64,000 nt of DNA from Alphaproteobacteria bacterium (GCA_016124335.1 WGNX01000005.1:475524-539523); one strand, 5' to 3'. Positions 48,405-57,541 are shown, counted from the stretch's first letter. Translations and numbers: made by a program. The notes: generated from the sequence alone by a model not told the origin.

Positions 48405-49439
48405 GTGGCCGAAGTGCTGCCCAACGAATCGGCGGGAAGCGAAAAGACCGACGCGAAAGACGCGAAGGCGCCGTCGCCGGGCGCCGAACTTGAGGCGCCG
48501 GTCCGCGAGGCCGCGCGTCCGCGCACGTTCGAATTCGCGCACAAGGTCTTCAAGGTCGACAAGGGAATCTTCCGCATCGACCCGACCGACGACAAGCCGG
48601 TCTATTGCGTGGATCTGGGCGACGTGCGCGCAAGCCTCACCTTCGCGACCCTCAAGCACTCGTTCGGCATCGACGAAAAGCATCCCGACTTCGCGATGCT
48701 CGACGAGATCAAGCGCGCGCTCGAAATCATTCCGCAGATCCGGCCGGGCGATTCGATCCCCAGCGAACTGCTCGACGGCACGGCTTCGTGGAAGGTGGAA
48801 GAGCGTCACCGCACGGTCGCGCGCGGGCGCATCTGGTTTGCGCTCGTCGCGTGGGTCGCGGGCACCAAGCCCAGCGCCAAGGTCGACATGCAGGAATTCG
48901 CCACGCTGGCCCAGTCGCCCGACGCGCGCGCGCGCGTGCAGTCGGCCTTCGGCCAGCTCGCCGAGAAGCTCGGCTATCCACCCGAAAGGCGCGCCGACGT
49001 GGTCGAGCAGGTCGAGCGCCTTATCGACGAGGTTTCCTATATCGAGGCGTTGCGCGAGCGCGTGGGCGCCGCGCGAAACGTGATCAATACGCTCAAGCGG
49101 TTCCGCCAGGCCTTCCGGCGCGAACGCACGCTGGCCGAGGAAGTCGACCGCACGATCCTTCTGGGCGAGAAGCCCGTGATCGGCCTCGAACAGCAGCTCG
49201 GCGCGGTCGATACGCGGCTGGGCGACACGTTGGCGGTGCTGCGCGAATTGCCGCAGCAGGTCGAATTCATCCGCCGAACGCGCGATGCGATCCACGCCCA
49301 GATGATGAAATGGGACAAGCTCGTCGCGGTCTGGGAAGGCGCCGGAAACGCGCCGGGCGAGGAAACGCACAAGCTGGTCCGCGAGACCTACCGTTTCGTG
49401 GCGCGCCATTTCCCGATTGCAAGCTCGTGGCAGCGATGA
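48405..49439 (+). CDS. Hypothetical protein, paralogue A of an uncharacterised pair
   Basis: ORF 48360..49439 (TTG). Preferred start is the GTG at 48405, with GGAG 6 nt upstream. High GC3 by eye. Collinear with the next gene over about 290 aa. I recognise no domain. Confidence 0.7.
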   Translation: MAEVLPNESAGSEKTDAKDAKAPSPGAELEAPVREAARPRTFEFAHKVFKVDKGIFRIDPTDDKPVYCVDLGDVRASLTFATLKHSFGIDEKHPDFAMLDEIKRALEIIPQIRPGDSIPSELLDGTASWKVEERHRTVARGRIWFALVAWVAGTKPSAKVDMQEFATLAQSPDARARVQSAFGQLAEKLGYPPERRADVVEQVERLIDEVSYIEALRERVGAARNVINTLKRFRQAFRRERTLAEEVDRTILLGEKPVIGLEQQLGAVDTRLGDTLAVLRELPQQVEFIRRTRDAIHAQMMKWDKLVAVWEGAGNAPGEETHKLVRETYRFVARHFPIASSWQR

Positions 49440-49518
49440 ATTCGACCGGTCCGGCTCCGCGTGGTCGCGGCTTGGCGCATGGCGGTGCGGCAGGCTAAGA
49501 TGAAAAAAAGTCACTGAG

Positions 49519-50541
49519 ATGCCTGTCGCGGAACTGCGGAGCGCCGACTTGACCGAAACGGAAGGCCATAACGCCGACGGCCGCGAACTGATGGCCAACG
49601 CGCCGCGCAAGGCCGCGCCTGCGCGCCGCTTCGACTTCGCGCACAAGGTGTTTCAGGTCGAAGGCGGCCTGTTCCAGCCCGATCCGCAGACCGAAGAACC
49701 GGTGTTTTCGGTCGACATGGGCGAATTGCGCGCGAACCTGACGTTCACTTCGGTGCGCACGGCCTTCGGCATCGCGCCCGACGATCCGGACTCGAAGCTT
49801 CTCGACGAAGTGGGACGCGCGCTCGCCTATGTGCGCCGGATCCGGCCGGGCGATGCGATCCCGAGCGAACTTCTCGACGGGACGGCATCGTGGCGGATCG
49901 ACGAGCATCATCGCGCGGCCGCCCGCGGGCGCATCTCCATCGGGCTCGTCGCGTGGATGTCGGGGCGCGGCAGCGTGCAGAACATGAGCACGCTCGAGCT
50001 TGCCAAGATCGCCGACGATCCGGAAACCAAGGCGCGCGTGCAGCAGGCCTTCGGCAAGCTTGCCGACGATCTGGGCCTGCCGGCGGACAAGCGCGGCGAC
50101 GTCGTCAAGCAGATCGACAAGCTGGTCGACGAGCTTGCCTATATCGAGGCGCTGCGCGAAAACGTGGCGCGCGCGCGCCGCGTGCTCGAAACGCTCAAGC
50201 GCCTGCGCGCGGTCTACAAGCGCGAGCGCGGCGTCCACGACGAGATCGAACGGACGGTGGCGCTGTCCGAGCCGCCCGTCCACAAGCTCGAAATGCAGCT
50301 CACCGAGGTCGACGCGCAGTCGGGCGAGACGGCAAACGCGCTGCGCACCCTGCCGCGCCAGATCGCCTTCATCCGCGAGGTGCGCGACCGCCTGCATTCG
50401 CAGATGATGAAGTGGGACGACATCCTGGAAGCCTGGCAGGGCGTGACGGCCGAGCCGTCGGCCCGCATCCAGAAGCTCGTTCGCGACACCTACCGGTTCG
50501 TGGCGCGCCACTTCCCGGCCGAATCCGAGTGGGTGCGCTAG
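49519..50541 (+). CDS. Hypothetical protein, paralogue B of an uncharacterised pair
   Basis: 340 aa. Shares FDFAHKVF, IRPGDAIPSELLDGTASW, YIEALRE, MMKWD and TYRFVARHFP blocks with paralogue A. Confidence 0.7.
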   Translation: MPVAELRSADLTETEGHNADGRELMANAPRKAAPARRFDFAHKVFQVEGGLFQPDPQTEEPVFSVDMGELRANLTFTSVRTAFGIAPDDPDSKLLDEVGRALAYVRRIRPGDAIPSELLDGTASWRIDEHHRAAARGRISIGLVAWMSGRGSVQNMSTLELAKIADDPETKARVQQAFGKLADDLGLPADKRGDVVKQIDKLVDELAYIEALRENVARARRVLETLKRLRAVYKRERGVHDEIERTVALSEPPVHKLEMQLTEVDAQSGETANALRTLPRQIAFIREVRDRLHSQMMKWDDILEAWQGVTAEPSARIQKLVRDTYRFVARHFPAESEWVR

Positions 50542-50545
50542 CCGC

Positions 50546-51877
50546 ATGGTCGGCGTGAAGCAGGTCGAACGAAAGAAGCTCTCGCGCGAGGAGCTCGTCA
50601 AGCGCGTGGCCGCGCACGAGCGCTTCCTGAAGAAGCTGACGGGCGGGCAGCGCCTGCAGGTCAATTTCTGCGTCATCCCGCGCAACGACTTCTTCGAGCG
50701 CAACCTGACCGAAGCCGAACTTGTCGGCGCCGACCTGACCGAATGCGATTTCAGCCGCGCCAACCTCGCGCGCGCGAACCTGTTCGGCGCCAACCTGACG
50801 CATGCCTGCTTCGCCGACGCGAACATGACCCGAGTGGACCTTCGCGGCGCGATGCTGAAGGGAGCCAATCTCGAAGGCGCCGACCTGACGCGCGCGGACA
50901 TCCGCGACGGTTTCCTCGTCACCGCCAACGAGAACGGCGAACTCGACTACGCGGTCGTCACGACGCAGAAATCGACGATCGACGGGGCGAAGTTCGGCGG
51001 CGCCAACCTGGGCGAGGCGCGGCTCGGCCGCGTGATGGGCCAGTCGACCGATCTCACCAACTGCAACCTGCGCGGCGCCAACCTTGCCGGCGCGGACCTT
51101 TCGAATTCGAACCTGTCGGGCGTGGTGTTCACGGGTGCCGACCTTTCCGACGCGAACCTGTCGGGTTGCCGGCTCAACGGGGCGGTGCTGGTGGGCGCCA
51201 TCATGGCGGGCGCCAATCTCGAAGGGGCCGATCTGTGCGCGTGCCATTTCGTCGTATCCGAGATGGAAAAGTGCGACCTGTCGCGCGCGGTGCTGCCGCG
51301 CACGCTTGCCGATATCGGCATGTCGTTCGGCGACATGGTCGTTTCGCACAACGACTGGCTGCGCACCGGCGGCACGCAAGGCCAGCAGATCGCGATCGAC
51401 GGCGTCGATCTGGGGCCCATCGAATGGCCGGGCGTCACGCTCTCGGCGGCCAAGCTCCAGCGCGTCACGCTGGTGAACGCAAAGTTCCCTTCGGGCAGGT
51501 TCGACATGTCGAACCTGGAAGGTTCGATGCTGGCGGGCGGCGACTATTCCAACGCCACGCTGCGCGGTGCCAACCTGCACAAGGCCGTGCTCGACGGCGC
51601 CAAGTTTGCCGATGCCGATTTCTCGCCGCTGCCGCTGGCCGGCGTGGCGAACACCAAGTGGCCGGCCCGGCTCCAGGGCGTTCGCGCGCACAAGACCGAT
51701 TTCCGCGGCGCCGACCTGCGCGGCGCCGACTTCACCGAATCCTCGCTGCGCGATGCCGATTTCCGCGGCGCGGACCTGACGGGCGCAAGGCTGGTCGACA
51801 GCGACCTGACCGGCGCAGACATGCGCGAGACGAAAACCGCCGAAGCGGATATGCGCGGCGTCATCGGGCTTAAATAG
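50546..51877 (+). CDS. Pentapeptide-repeat protein (443 aa, two tandem modules)
   Basis: ATG 4 nt after the stop of paralogue B. Long runs of A(D/N)LxX pentapeptides, for example GADLTECDFSRANLARANLFGANLTHACFADANM and FRGADLRGADFTESSLRDADFRGADLTGARL. Confidence 0.85.
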   Translation: MVGVKQVERKKLSREELVKRVAAHERFLKKLTGGQRLQVNFCVIPRNDFFERNLTEAELVGADLTECDFSRANLARANLFGANLTHACFADANMTRVDLRGAMLKGANLEGADLTRADIRDGFLVTANENGELDYAVVTTQKSTIDGAKFGGANLGEARLGRVMGQSTDLTNCNLRGANLAGADLSNSNLSGVVFTGADLSDANLSGCRLNGAVLVGAIMAGANLEGADLCACHFVVSEMEKCDLSRAVLPRTLADIGMSFGDMVVSHNDWLRTGGTQGQQIAIDGVDLGPIEWPGVTLSAAKLQRVTLVNAKFPSGRFDMSNLEGSMLAGGDYSNATLRGANLHKAVLDGAKFADADFSPLPLAGVANTKWPARLQGVRAHKTDFRGADLRGADFTESSLRDADFRGADLTGARLVDSDLTGADMRETKTAEADMRGVIGLK

Positions 51878-51899
51878 GCAGGATCGGGCCGAAGCCCGC

Positions 51900-52388
51900 C
51901 TACACGCGCCGGGGGGCGGGCCCCAGCCGGCGCTTCTCGACCGTGAAGGTGCGCGTGGCCGAGGTCGGCCGGCTGACGATCGGCTGGCTCAGGCCAAGCC
52001 TGTCGGCATCCGGACGCAGGTGCGCGGGCACGGGACCGCCATCCTTGGGCGCGGACGCGCGCGCGGGCCTGCGGCCCTTCGTGCCGGCCGGCTTCTTGGG
52101 CTTCTTGGGCTTCACGTCGGCGAAGCGCACTTCGATCTTGCGCTCGCCCACCGTGCTGCCGTCGAGTGCGGCGATCGCGGCCTTGCAATGCTGCTCGGTC
52201 GCCATCGTGACGAAGCCATAGCCGATGGGCTTGCCCGTCGCGGGGTCGGTTGGAACCTGCGCGCCGATCACGATGCCGTGCGCATCGAAGATATCGGCGA
52301 GCTTCTCGGCATCGAGCCCGAAGGGCACGTTGCCGACGAAAAGGCGCGTGTTGTAGGTCTTGGCCGGCGCAACGGCTGTTTTCGGCAT
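51900..52388 (-). CDS. RRM (RNP-1/RNP-2) RNA-binding protein with basic C-terminal extension
   Basis: ORF 51900..52463 trimmed to MPKTAVAP. RNP-2 RLFVGNVPF and RNP-1 KPIGYGFVTM. Lys/Arg/Pro-rich tail of about 70 aa. Confidence 0.8.
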   Translation of the reverse strand: MPKTAVAPAKTYNTRLFVGNVPFGLDAEKLADIFDAHGIVIGAQVPTDPATGKPIGYGFVTMATEQHCKAAIAALDGSTVGERKIEVRFADVKPKKPKKPAGTKGRRPARASAPKDGGPVPAHLRPDADRLGLSQPIVSRPTSATRTFTVEKRRLGPAPRRV

Positions 52389-52666
52389 CTTCCAGTCCCC
52401 GGACAACGTCGGACACCTGGTGCCCGACGCACGAATGGCAGTTTGAACCGAACGCCCGTTCACGGCCTAGGGGAAACGCTGGCCTCAGACCTGCTATTCC
52501 CGCATGGCGACGCGTGCGGCGACGTGCAGGCTCGGGCCGTGCAATTCCCCTTCCAACCCGCTCTATGCCGCCGATTTGCGGCAACACGATGACACGGACC
52601 AACACTTGAAATTATTCGGTGCGCCGGCTTAGCCTCTAGCCGCAACGGCAGTCCACGGCGGGCGAT

Positions 52667-53068
52667 TTGTTCAAGAAATTCCGGGCATTGGTAATCGACG
52701 ACGACAGTACGACGCGGCTGATGCTGCGCCAGATGCTCGAAACGCTGGAGTTTGCCTCCGTCGATACCGCGGCGGGCGCCGAAGGGGCCAAGCAGGCCTT
52801 CCAGACCACGCCCGACGGCTGGCCGGACGTTCTGCTGTGCGACATCAACATGAAGCCGACCAGCGGGCTGGAGTTCGTCGCGTGGATGAATTCGCAGCCG
52901 AAGATCGCGGCGCGCGCGGTTCCGGTGGTGATGGTGACGGCGCATTCCGATGCGCCCATCGTGCGTCGGGCGATGGAGCTGGGCGTGGCGGGTTACCTGA
53001 TCAAGCCCGTGCAGCCGCTGGCGCTGCGCACGCGCATGGAGCGTGCCCTGTTGCCGCGAATGCGCTGA
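52667..53068 (+). CDS. Single-domain CheY-like response regulator receiver
   Basis: 133 aa with a TTG start. Acidic pocket ALVIDDD, phospho-acceptor LLCDINMKP, and conserved Lys in GYLIKP. Confidence 0.8.
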   Translation: MFKKFRALVIDDDSTTRLMLRQMLETLEFASVDTAAGAEGAKQAFQTTPDGWPDVLLCDINMKPTSGLEFVAWMNSQPKIAARAVPVVMVTAHSDAPIVRRAMELGVAGYLIKPVQPLALRTRMERALLPRMR

Positions 53069-53069
53069 G

Positions 53070-54518
53070 CTACGCGAAGACCCGCACCAGCCACAGTGCC
53101 AGGCCCGGGAACGCCAGGACCAGCGCCAGCCGGATCACGTCGGCCGCCAGGAAAGGCAGCACGCGCGCATAGGTGCGGGTGATCGGCACGTCGCGTGCGA
53201 TCGACGAGATGACAAAGACGTTGAGCCCGATGGGCGGTGCCGTCAGGCCGATGCCGACCACGATCAGCACGAGGATGCCGAACCAGATCGCCACGTCGTC
53301 GGGCGACATGCCGAAATCCAGCGCCTGCACGATCGGGAAGAAGACCGGCAGCGTCAGCAGGATCATCGCCAGTTCGTCCATCACCGCGCCGAGGAAGATG
53401 TAGATCACCATCATCGCCACGACGATGAGGTAGGGCGAAACGCCAAGCCCGCCCACGGCCGAGGCGACGAAATCGGGCAGCTTGGCCAGCGCCAGGAACG
53501 CGCCGAACACCTCGGCCCCCAGAAGGATCATGAAGATCATGCCCGAGGTCTCGGCCGTCTGCCGGATCGCCTCGCCGATGTCGCGCCAGCCCAGCGTGCG
53601 CTGCGAGAGACCCACCGCCAGCATCGATATCGCGCCGACCGAAGCCCCTTCGGTCGGCGTGAAGATGCCGCCATAGATCCCGCCCACGACCACGACCGCC
53701 ACGGCGATCGCCGGCAGCACGCTCACGTCGACGATGGCGACGATGACGCCACCCGCCGCGATCGTGAGCGCGAAATCGATGTCGACCGTGTCGCGCGCGA
53801 ACAGCACGCCCGCCAGCGCCACGATCGCCGCCCCCGCCGCGCGCGGCCATTTCGCCGTGGAAGCCGGCGGCCCGCTCGTGCCTGCCGCCGCGGCCGAAGG
53901 CGCCAGCGCGGGTTCGCGCCGGACGACCAGTGCGATGGTGATGCAGTAGAAAAGCGCTGCCATCAGGCCGGGGATCAGCGCGGCCTGGAAGAGCTTGGCG
54001 ATGTTCTGCTCGGTCGTGATCGCGTAGACCACGAGGATGACCGAGGGCGGGATCAGGATGCCAAGCGTGCCGCCCACCGCGATCGTCGCGGCCGAGAAGG
54101 CGCGGTCGTAGCCGTAACGGTCAAGCTCTGGCAGGGCCGCGCGCCCGAAGGTCGCGGTCGTGGCGACCGACGAGCCGCAGATCGCGCCGAAGGCCGTGCA
54201 CGCGCCGATCACCGCCATCGCGAGCCCGCCGCGCAATTTCCCGAACGCGCGCTCGGACGCGCGGAAGAGCGAACGCGCGATGCCCGCGCGCTCGGCCAGT
54301 GCGCCCATCAGGATGAAGAGCGGGATGACCGACAGCGTGTAGTTGGCGAACTGGTAGAACGTGTTCGTCTTCATGTAGGCGAAGAACGCGTGCCAGCTGG
54401 TGATCATCGTGTAGCCGGCACCGCCCACCACGAGCATGGCAAGCCCGATGGGTGCGCGCAGCGCGATCAGCCCCAGCATCGCAAGGAAGCCGATGGAGGC
54501 GAGCGTGGCGCCGGTCAT
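53070..54518 (-). CDS. dctM: TRAP transporter large permease (DctM family)
   Basis: ORF 53070..54908 trimmed to MTGATLASIGFL. Polytopic. ATGA overlap with the dctQ stop. Confidence 0.85.
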   Translation of the reverse strand: MTGATLASIGFLAMLGLIALRAPIGLAMLVVGGAGYTMITSWHAFFAYMKTNTFYQFANYTLSVIPLFILMGALAERAGIARSLFRASERAFGKLRGGLAMAVIGACTAFGAICGSSVATTATFGRAALPELDRYGYDRAFSAATIAVGGTLGILIPPSVILVVYAITTEQNIAKLFQAALIPGLMAALFYCITIALVVRREPALAPSAAAAGTSGPPASTAKWPRAAGAAIVALAGVLFARDTVDIDFALTIAAGGVIVAIVDVSVLPAIAVAVVVVGGIYGGIFTPTEGASVGAISMLAVGLSQRTLGWRDIGEAIRQTAETSGMIFMILLGAEVFGAFLALAKLPDFVASAVGGLGVSPYLIVVAMMVIYIFLGAVMDELAMILLTLPVFFPIVQALDFGMSPDDVAIWFGILVLIVVGIGLTAPPIGLNVFVISSIARDVPITRTYARVLPFLAADVIRLALVLAFPGLALWLVRVFA

Positions 54519-55036
54519 TTGCCGCGCACCGCGATCAGGACGGCGGTCGCGACGCTCGTGGCCGCGACGAGCGCGCAGAGCACCGAACTTGTCGCGATGA
54601 AGGGCCACATCTGGAGCTGGAGTTCCTGCGTGGTCTCGTAGTTCTCGCGCGCGTCGATGGCGCCGAGGAACAGCCCGTAGGCGGCGAAGGCCATGAAGGC
54701 CGCGTAGACGATGTCCCAGAACGCGTCGATGAAACCGAGCGTGCGCGGCCCGAGGCCTTGCGTGAACGTGTCGACCATGATGTTCCCGCGGCGGACCTGC
54801 GTATAGGGCATGTACGCGAAGACGCCGATCGCCGTGGCGATGCGCACGAATTCGAAATCGCCGGTCACGGGCTTGTAGAAGATCCAGCGCCCCAGCACGC
54901 TCGTGCACACGAGCAAGGCGATCGCGAGCGCCAGAATGCCGCCCAGCAGGGCCGAAAGGCCCAGCAGGCGGTCGAGCAGCCGGTCGATCCCGCTGGCGGG
55001 CCCGGCGGCGGGCGGGGAGGGCGCGTCGCTGTTCAT
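54515..55036 (-). CDS. dctQ: TRAP transporter small permease (DctQ family)
   Basis: 173 aa with four TM segments, positioned between dctP and dctM. Confidence 0.75.
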   Translation of the reverse strand: MNSDAPSPPAAGPASGIDRLLDRLLGLSALLGGILALAIALLVCTSVLGRWIFYKPVTGDFEFVRIATAIGVFAYMPYTQVRRGNIMVDTFTQGLGPRTLGFIDAFWDIVYAAFMAFAAYGLFLGAIDARENYETTQELQLQMWPFIATSSVLCALVAATSVATAVLIAVRGK

Positions 55037-55091
55037 CGGCGGACTTTACCCGTGTTCTCCGGCGCGAGGAACGGCGACGCGCGCAGCCCGG

Positions 55092-56138
55092 TCAGGCGTT
55101 GGCGTGCTTGGCGAGGAGCGACTTCATCGACGCGATGAGCTTGGCGCCGTCGATGTTGCGGCCCTTCATCTGCTCCACCCAGTCGGTCGTGACGTGCGCG
55201 GTCGCCTTGACCCAGCGCGCCTTCTCTTCCTCGGTGATCGTCGTGATGACGTTGCCGCGCTCCTTGACCATGGTGGACACGGTCTTGGCCTCGGTGTCCC
55301 ACATGTTGCCGGCAAGCTTGGCGAAGGCCGGGCCGGAGGTGTCGTCGATCACCTTCTTCAGTTCGCCCGGCAGGCCCGCGTACTTCTGCAGGTTCATCGC
55401 CAGGAAGAAGCCGGCCGTGTAGAGCGTGGGCGAGCCCGGGATGGCCGTGTGGTACTTGCACAGTTCCTGGATGCGCACGGCCGGGACGACTTCCCACGGC
55501 ACGACCGCGCCGTCGATCACCTTCTGCGCGAGGCTTTCGGCGATCTGCGGCACCGGCATGCCGACCGACGTTGCGCCCAGCGCCTTCAGCGCTTCGCCGG
55601 TGAGGCGCGCGGGGTTGCGCAGCTTCATGCCGCGCAGGTCTTCCATCGTCTTGACCTGCTTGGTCGAATGGATGAGGCCCGCATCGTGCGCCCAGAAGCA
55701 GAGCAGCTTCACTTCCTTGGTTTCCTCGCCAAGATTGGCGCGCCCGAATTCCTCGCACGCCAGCGCGTTCACGATGCCGCGCGTGTTGGCGATGAAGGGC
55801 ACCTCGATCGTCTCGGTGATCGGGAAGCGGCCGGGCGTGTAGCCGGGCAGCGTCCACACGATATCGACCACGCCGTCGCGGGCCTGGTTGTAGAGCTGCG
55901 GGGGCGTGCCGCCGAGCTGCATGCTCGGGTAGATCTCGATCTTGATCGCGTTGTTGCTGGCCTTGGCGACGATGTCGGCCCAGGGGGCAAGCATCTTGGC
56001 GTGGCCGTTGGATTGCGGCGGCAGGAAGTGGTGCAGGCGCAGCGTGACGGCCTGTGCCGAGGCCGGGCGGACGATCGCCGGGGCCGCGAGGAACGTGCCG
56101 ACGGCGGCGGCAGTCGTGAGGAATTGACGGCGCTTCAT
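55092..56138 (-). CDS. dctP: TRAP transporter substrate-binding protein (DctP family)
   Basis: ORF 55092..56261 trimmed to MKRRQFLTTAAAVGTFLAAPAIVRPASA (Tat-like signal). DctP-type length and sequence. Confidence 0.85.
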   Translation of the reverse strand: MKRRQFLTTAAAVGTFLAAPAIVRPASAQAVTLRLHHFLPPQSNGHAKMLAPWADIVAKASNNAIKIEIYPSMQLGGTPPQLYNQARDGVVDIVWTLPGYTPGRFPITETIEVPFIANTRGIVNALACEEFGRANLGEETKEVKLLCFWAHDAGLIHSTKQVKTMEDLRGMKLRNPARLTGEALKALGATSVGMPVPQIAESLAQKVIDGAVVPWEVVPAVRIQELCKYHTAIPGSPTLYTAGFFLAMNLQKYAGLPGELKKVIDDTSGPAFAKLAGNMWDTEAKTVSTMVKERGNVITTITEEEKARWVKATAHVTTDWVEQMKGRNIDGAKLIASMKSLLAKHANA

Positions 56139-56312
56139 CTCTGAGTTCCTCCCTTTTTGGGATATCCGGCGGTCCCGGCGTGGGCCGGACCGCTTCTGTT
56201 CGTTCGATGGGCGCGAAGCTAGCATAGCGCAGGGGTAGTGCAAACGACCCGCACCCTGCATACACTTGCACTATTCAGGGTTTCGCTTGCACAAATCGAG
56301 GAATTCGCACGC

Positions 56313-57035
56313 ATGGACAGCCACGCACAGGCCCGCCGCGATCTTGCCGCCGCCTTGAGATGGGCCGCCCGCCTGGGGCTCAACGAGGGAACCTGCAACC
56401 ATTTCAGCCTGCAGGTCGACGAGGACCGCTTCCTCGTCAATCCGTGGGGGCCGCACTGGCGCGAGATGAAGGCAAGCGACCTGCTGCTGATCGATTCCAA
56501 GGGCACGATCCTCGAAGGCGACTGGCCGATCGAGGAGACCGCGCTGCACATCCACACGCGCATCCATATCCGCCATCCGCATGCCGCCGCCGTGTTCCAC
56601 ACCCACATGCCCTATGCGACCGCGCTTTGCAGCGTGGAAGGCGGGCGGATCGAGCCGTGCGTGCAGACGGCGCTGCGCTTCTACAACCGCGTGGCCTACG
56701 ACGAGGACTATAACGGCCTTGCCGACGGGCCCGAGGAGGGCGATCGCATGGCCGCCCGGATGGAGGGCAAACCGGTGCTGTTCCTGGCCAACCACGGCGT
56801 GATCGTCACCGGCCCCACGGTCGCCGAGGCGTTCGACGAGCTTTACTATCTCGAGCGCGCCGCGCAGGCGCAGGTGCTGGCGATGTCGACCGGCCGGCCG
56901 CTGAAGCTCGTGCCCGGCCAGATCGCCGAGCGGACCGCCCGCTCGATGGAACAGGGCCGCCCGCCTTACGCGGCGGTCCATTTCAGCGCGCTCGTGCGGA
57001 TGCTCGCGCGCGAGGAGCCGGAGTTCGCCGGCTAG
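56313..57035 (+). CDS. Class II aldolase/adducin domain protein
   Basis: ORF 56238..57035 trimmed to MDSHAQAR (GAGGAA upstream). Metal-binding His cluster IHTRIHIRHPHAAAVFHTHMPYATA. Confidence 0.8.
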   Translation: MDSHAQARRDLAAALRWAARLGLNEGTCNHFSLQVDEDRFLVNPWGPHWREMKASDLLLIDSKGTILEGDWPIEETALHIHTRIHIRHPHAAAVFHTHMPYATALCSVEGGRIEPCVQTALRFYNRVAYDEDYNGLADGPEEGDRMAARMEGKPVLFLANHGVIVTGPTVAEAFDELYYLERAAQAQVLAMSTGRPLKLVPGQIAERTARSMEQGRPPYAAVHFSALVRMLAREEPEFAG

Positions 57036-57502
57036 CGGCGGCCGGCGGGCGCCTTTGCGGCCAGCAGGTTCCCGCGCAGGCGCGCGACTTCGGCGGCGAG
57101 CTTCTTCAGGCTGTCGCGCGACATGCCGGAAGCCTCGAGGATGTTGCCCGGCACGCATTGCGCGCTCTCGCGCAGGCGCCGGCCCGACGCGGTGAGGCGC
57201 ACGCGCACCTGCCGCTCGTCGCCCGGATTGCGGGTGCGTTCGACATGGCCCTGCGCTTCCAGCCGCTTCAGCAGCGGCGTCAGCGTGTTCGATTCGAGGA
57301 ACAGCTTTTCCCCGAGCCCGCCGACGGTCTGGCCGTCCTCCGCCCACAGCGCGACGAGAACGAGATATTGCGGATAGGTGAGGCCAAGTTCGTCGAGCAG
57401 CGGCTTGTAGACCCGGCTGAAGGCGAGATTGGCCGAATAGACCGAAAAGCAGATGAACGGGCTGATGCCGTGGTCGAACGGGTCGGGGCTGGTGCGGGCC
57501 AT
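57032..57502 (-). CDS. ohrR: MarR family regulator OhrR (2-Cys type)
   Basis: 156 aa. Sensing Cys in SPFICFSVYSA, a second Cys in SAQCVPGN, and the MarR wHTH. Divergent from ohr. Confidence 0.85.
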   Translation of the reverse strand: MARTSPDPFDHGISPFICFSVYSANLAFSRVYKPLLDELGLTYPQYLVLVALWAEDGQTVGGLGEKLFLESNTLTPLLKRLEAQGHVERTRNPGDERQVRVRLTASGRRLRESAQCVPGNILEASGMSRDSLKKLAAEVARLRGNLLAAKAPAGRR

Positions 57503-57541
57503 GAACGGTCTCCGGCGGTCGGGTGCCGTTAATATATCGCG

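Noticed and set aside
50369-51873. Long ORFs 50369..51691 (minus, 440 aa) and 50743..51873 (plus, 376 aa) within the pentapeptide gene
   Set aside because: The periodic 15-nt repeat structure keeps several frames open. Only the 50546 frame yields A(D/N)LxX repeats and proper codon bias.
53043-56144. Plus-strand ORFs 53043..54641 (532 aa) and 54903..56144 (413 aa)
   Set aside because: Antisense to the TRAP dctM/dctQ/dctP genes.
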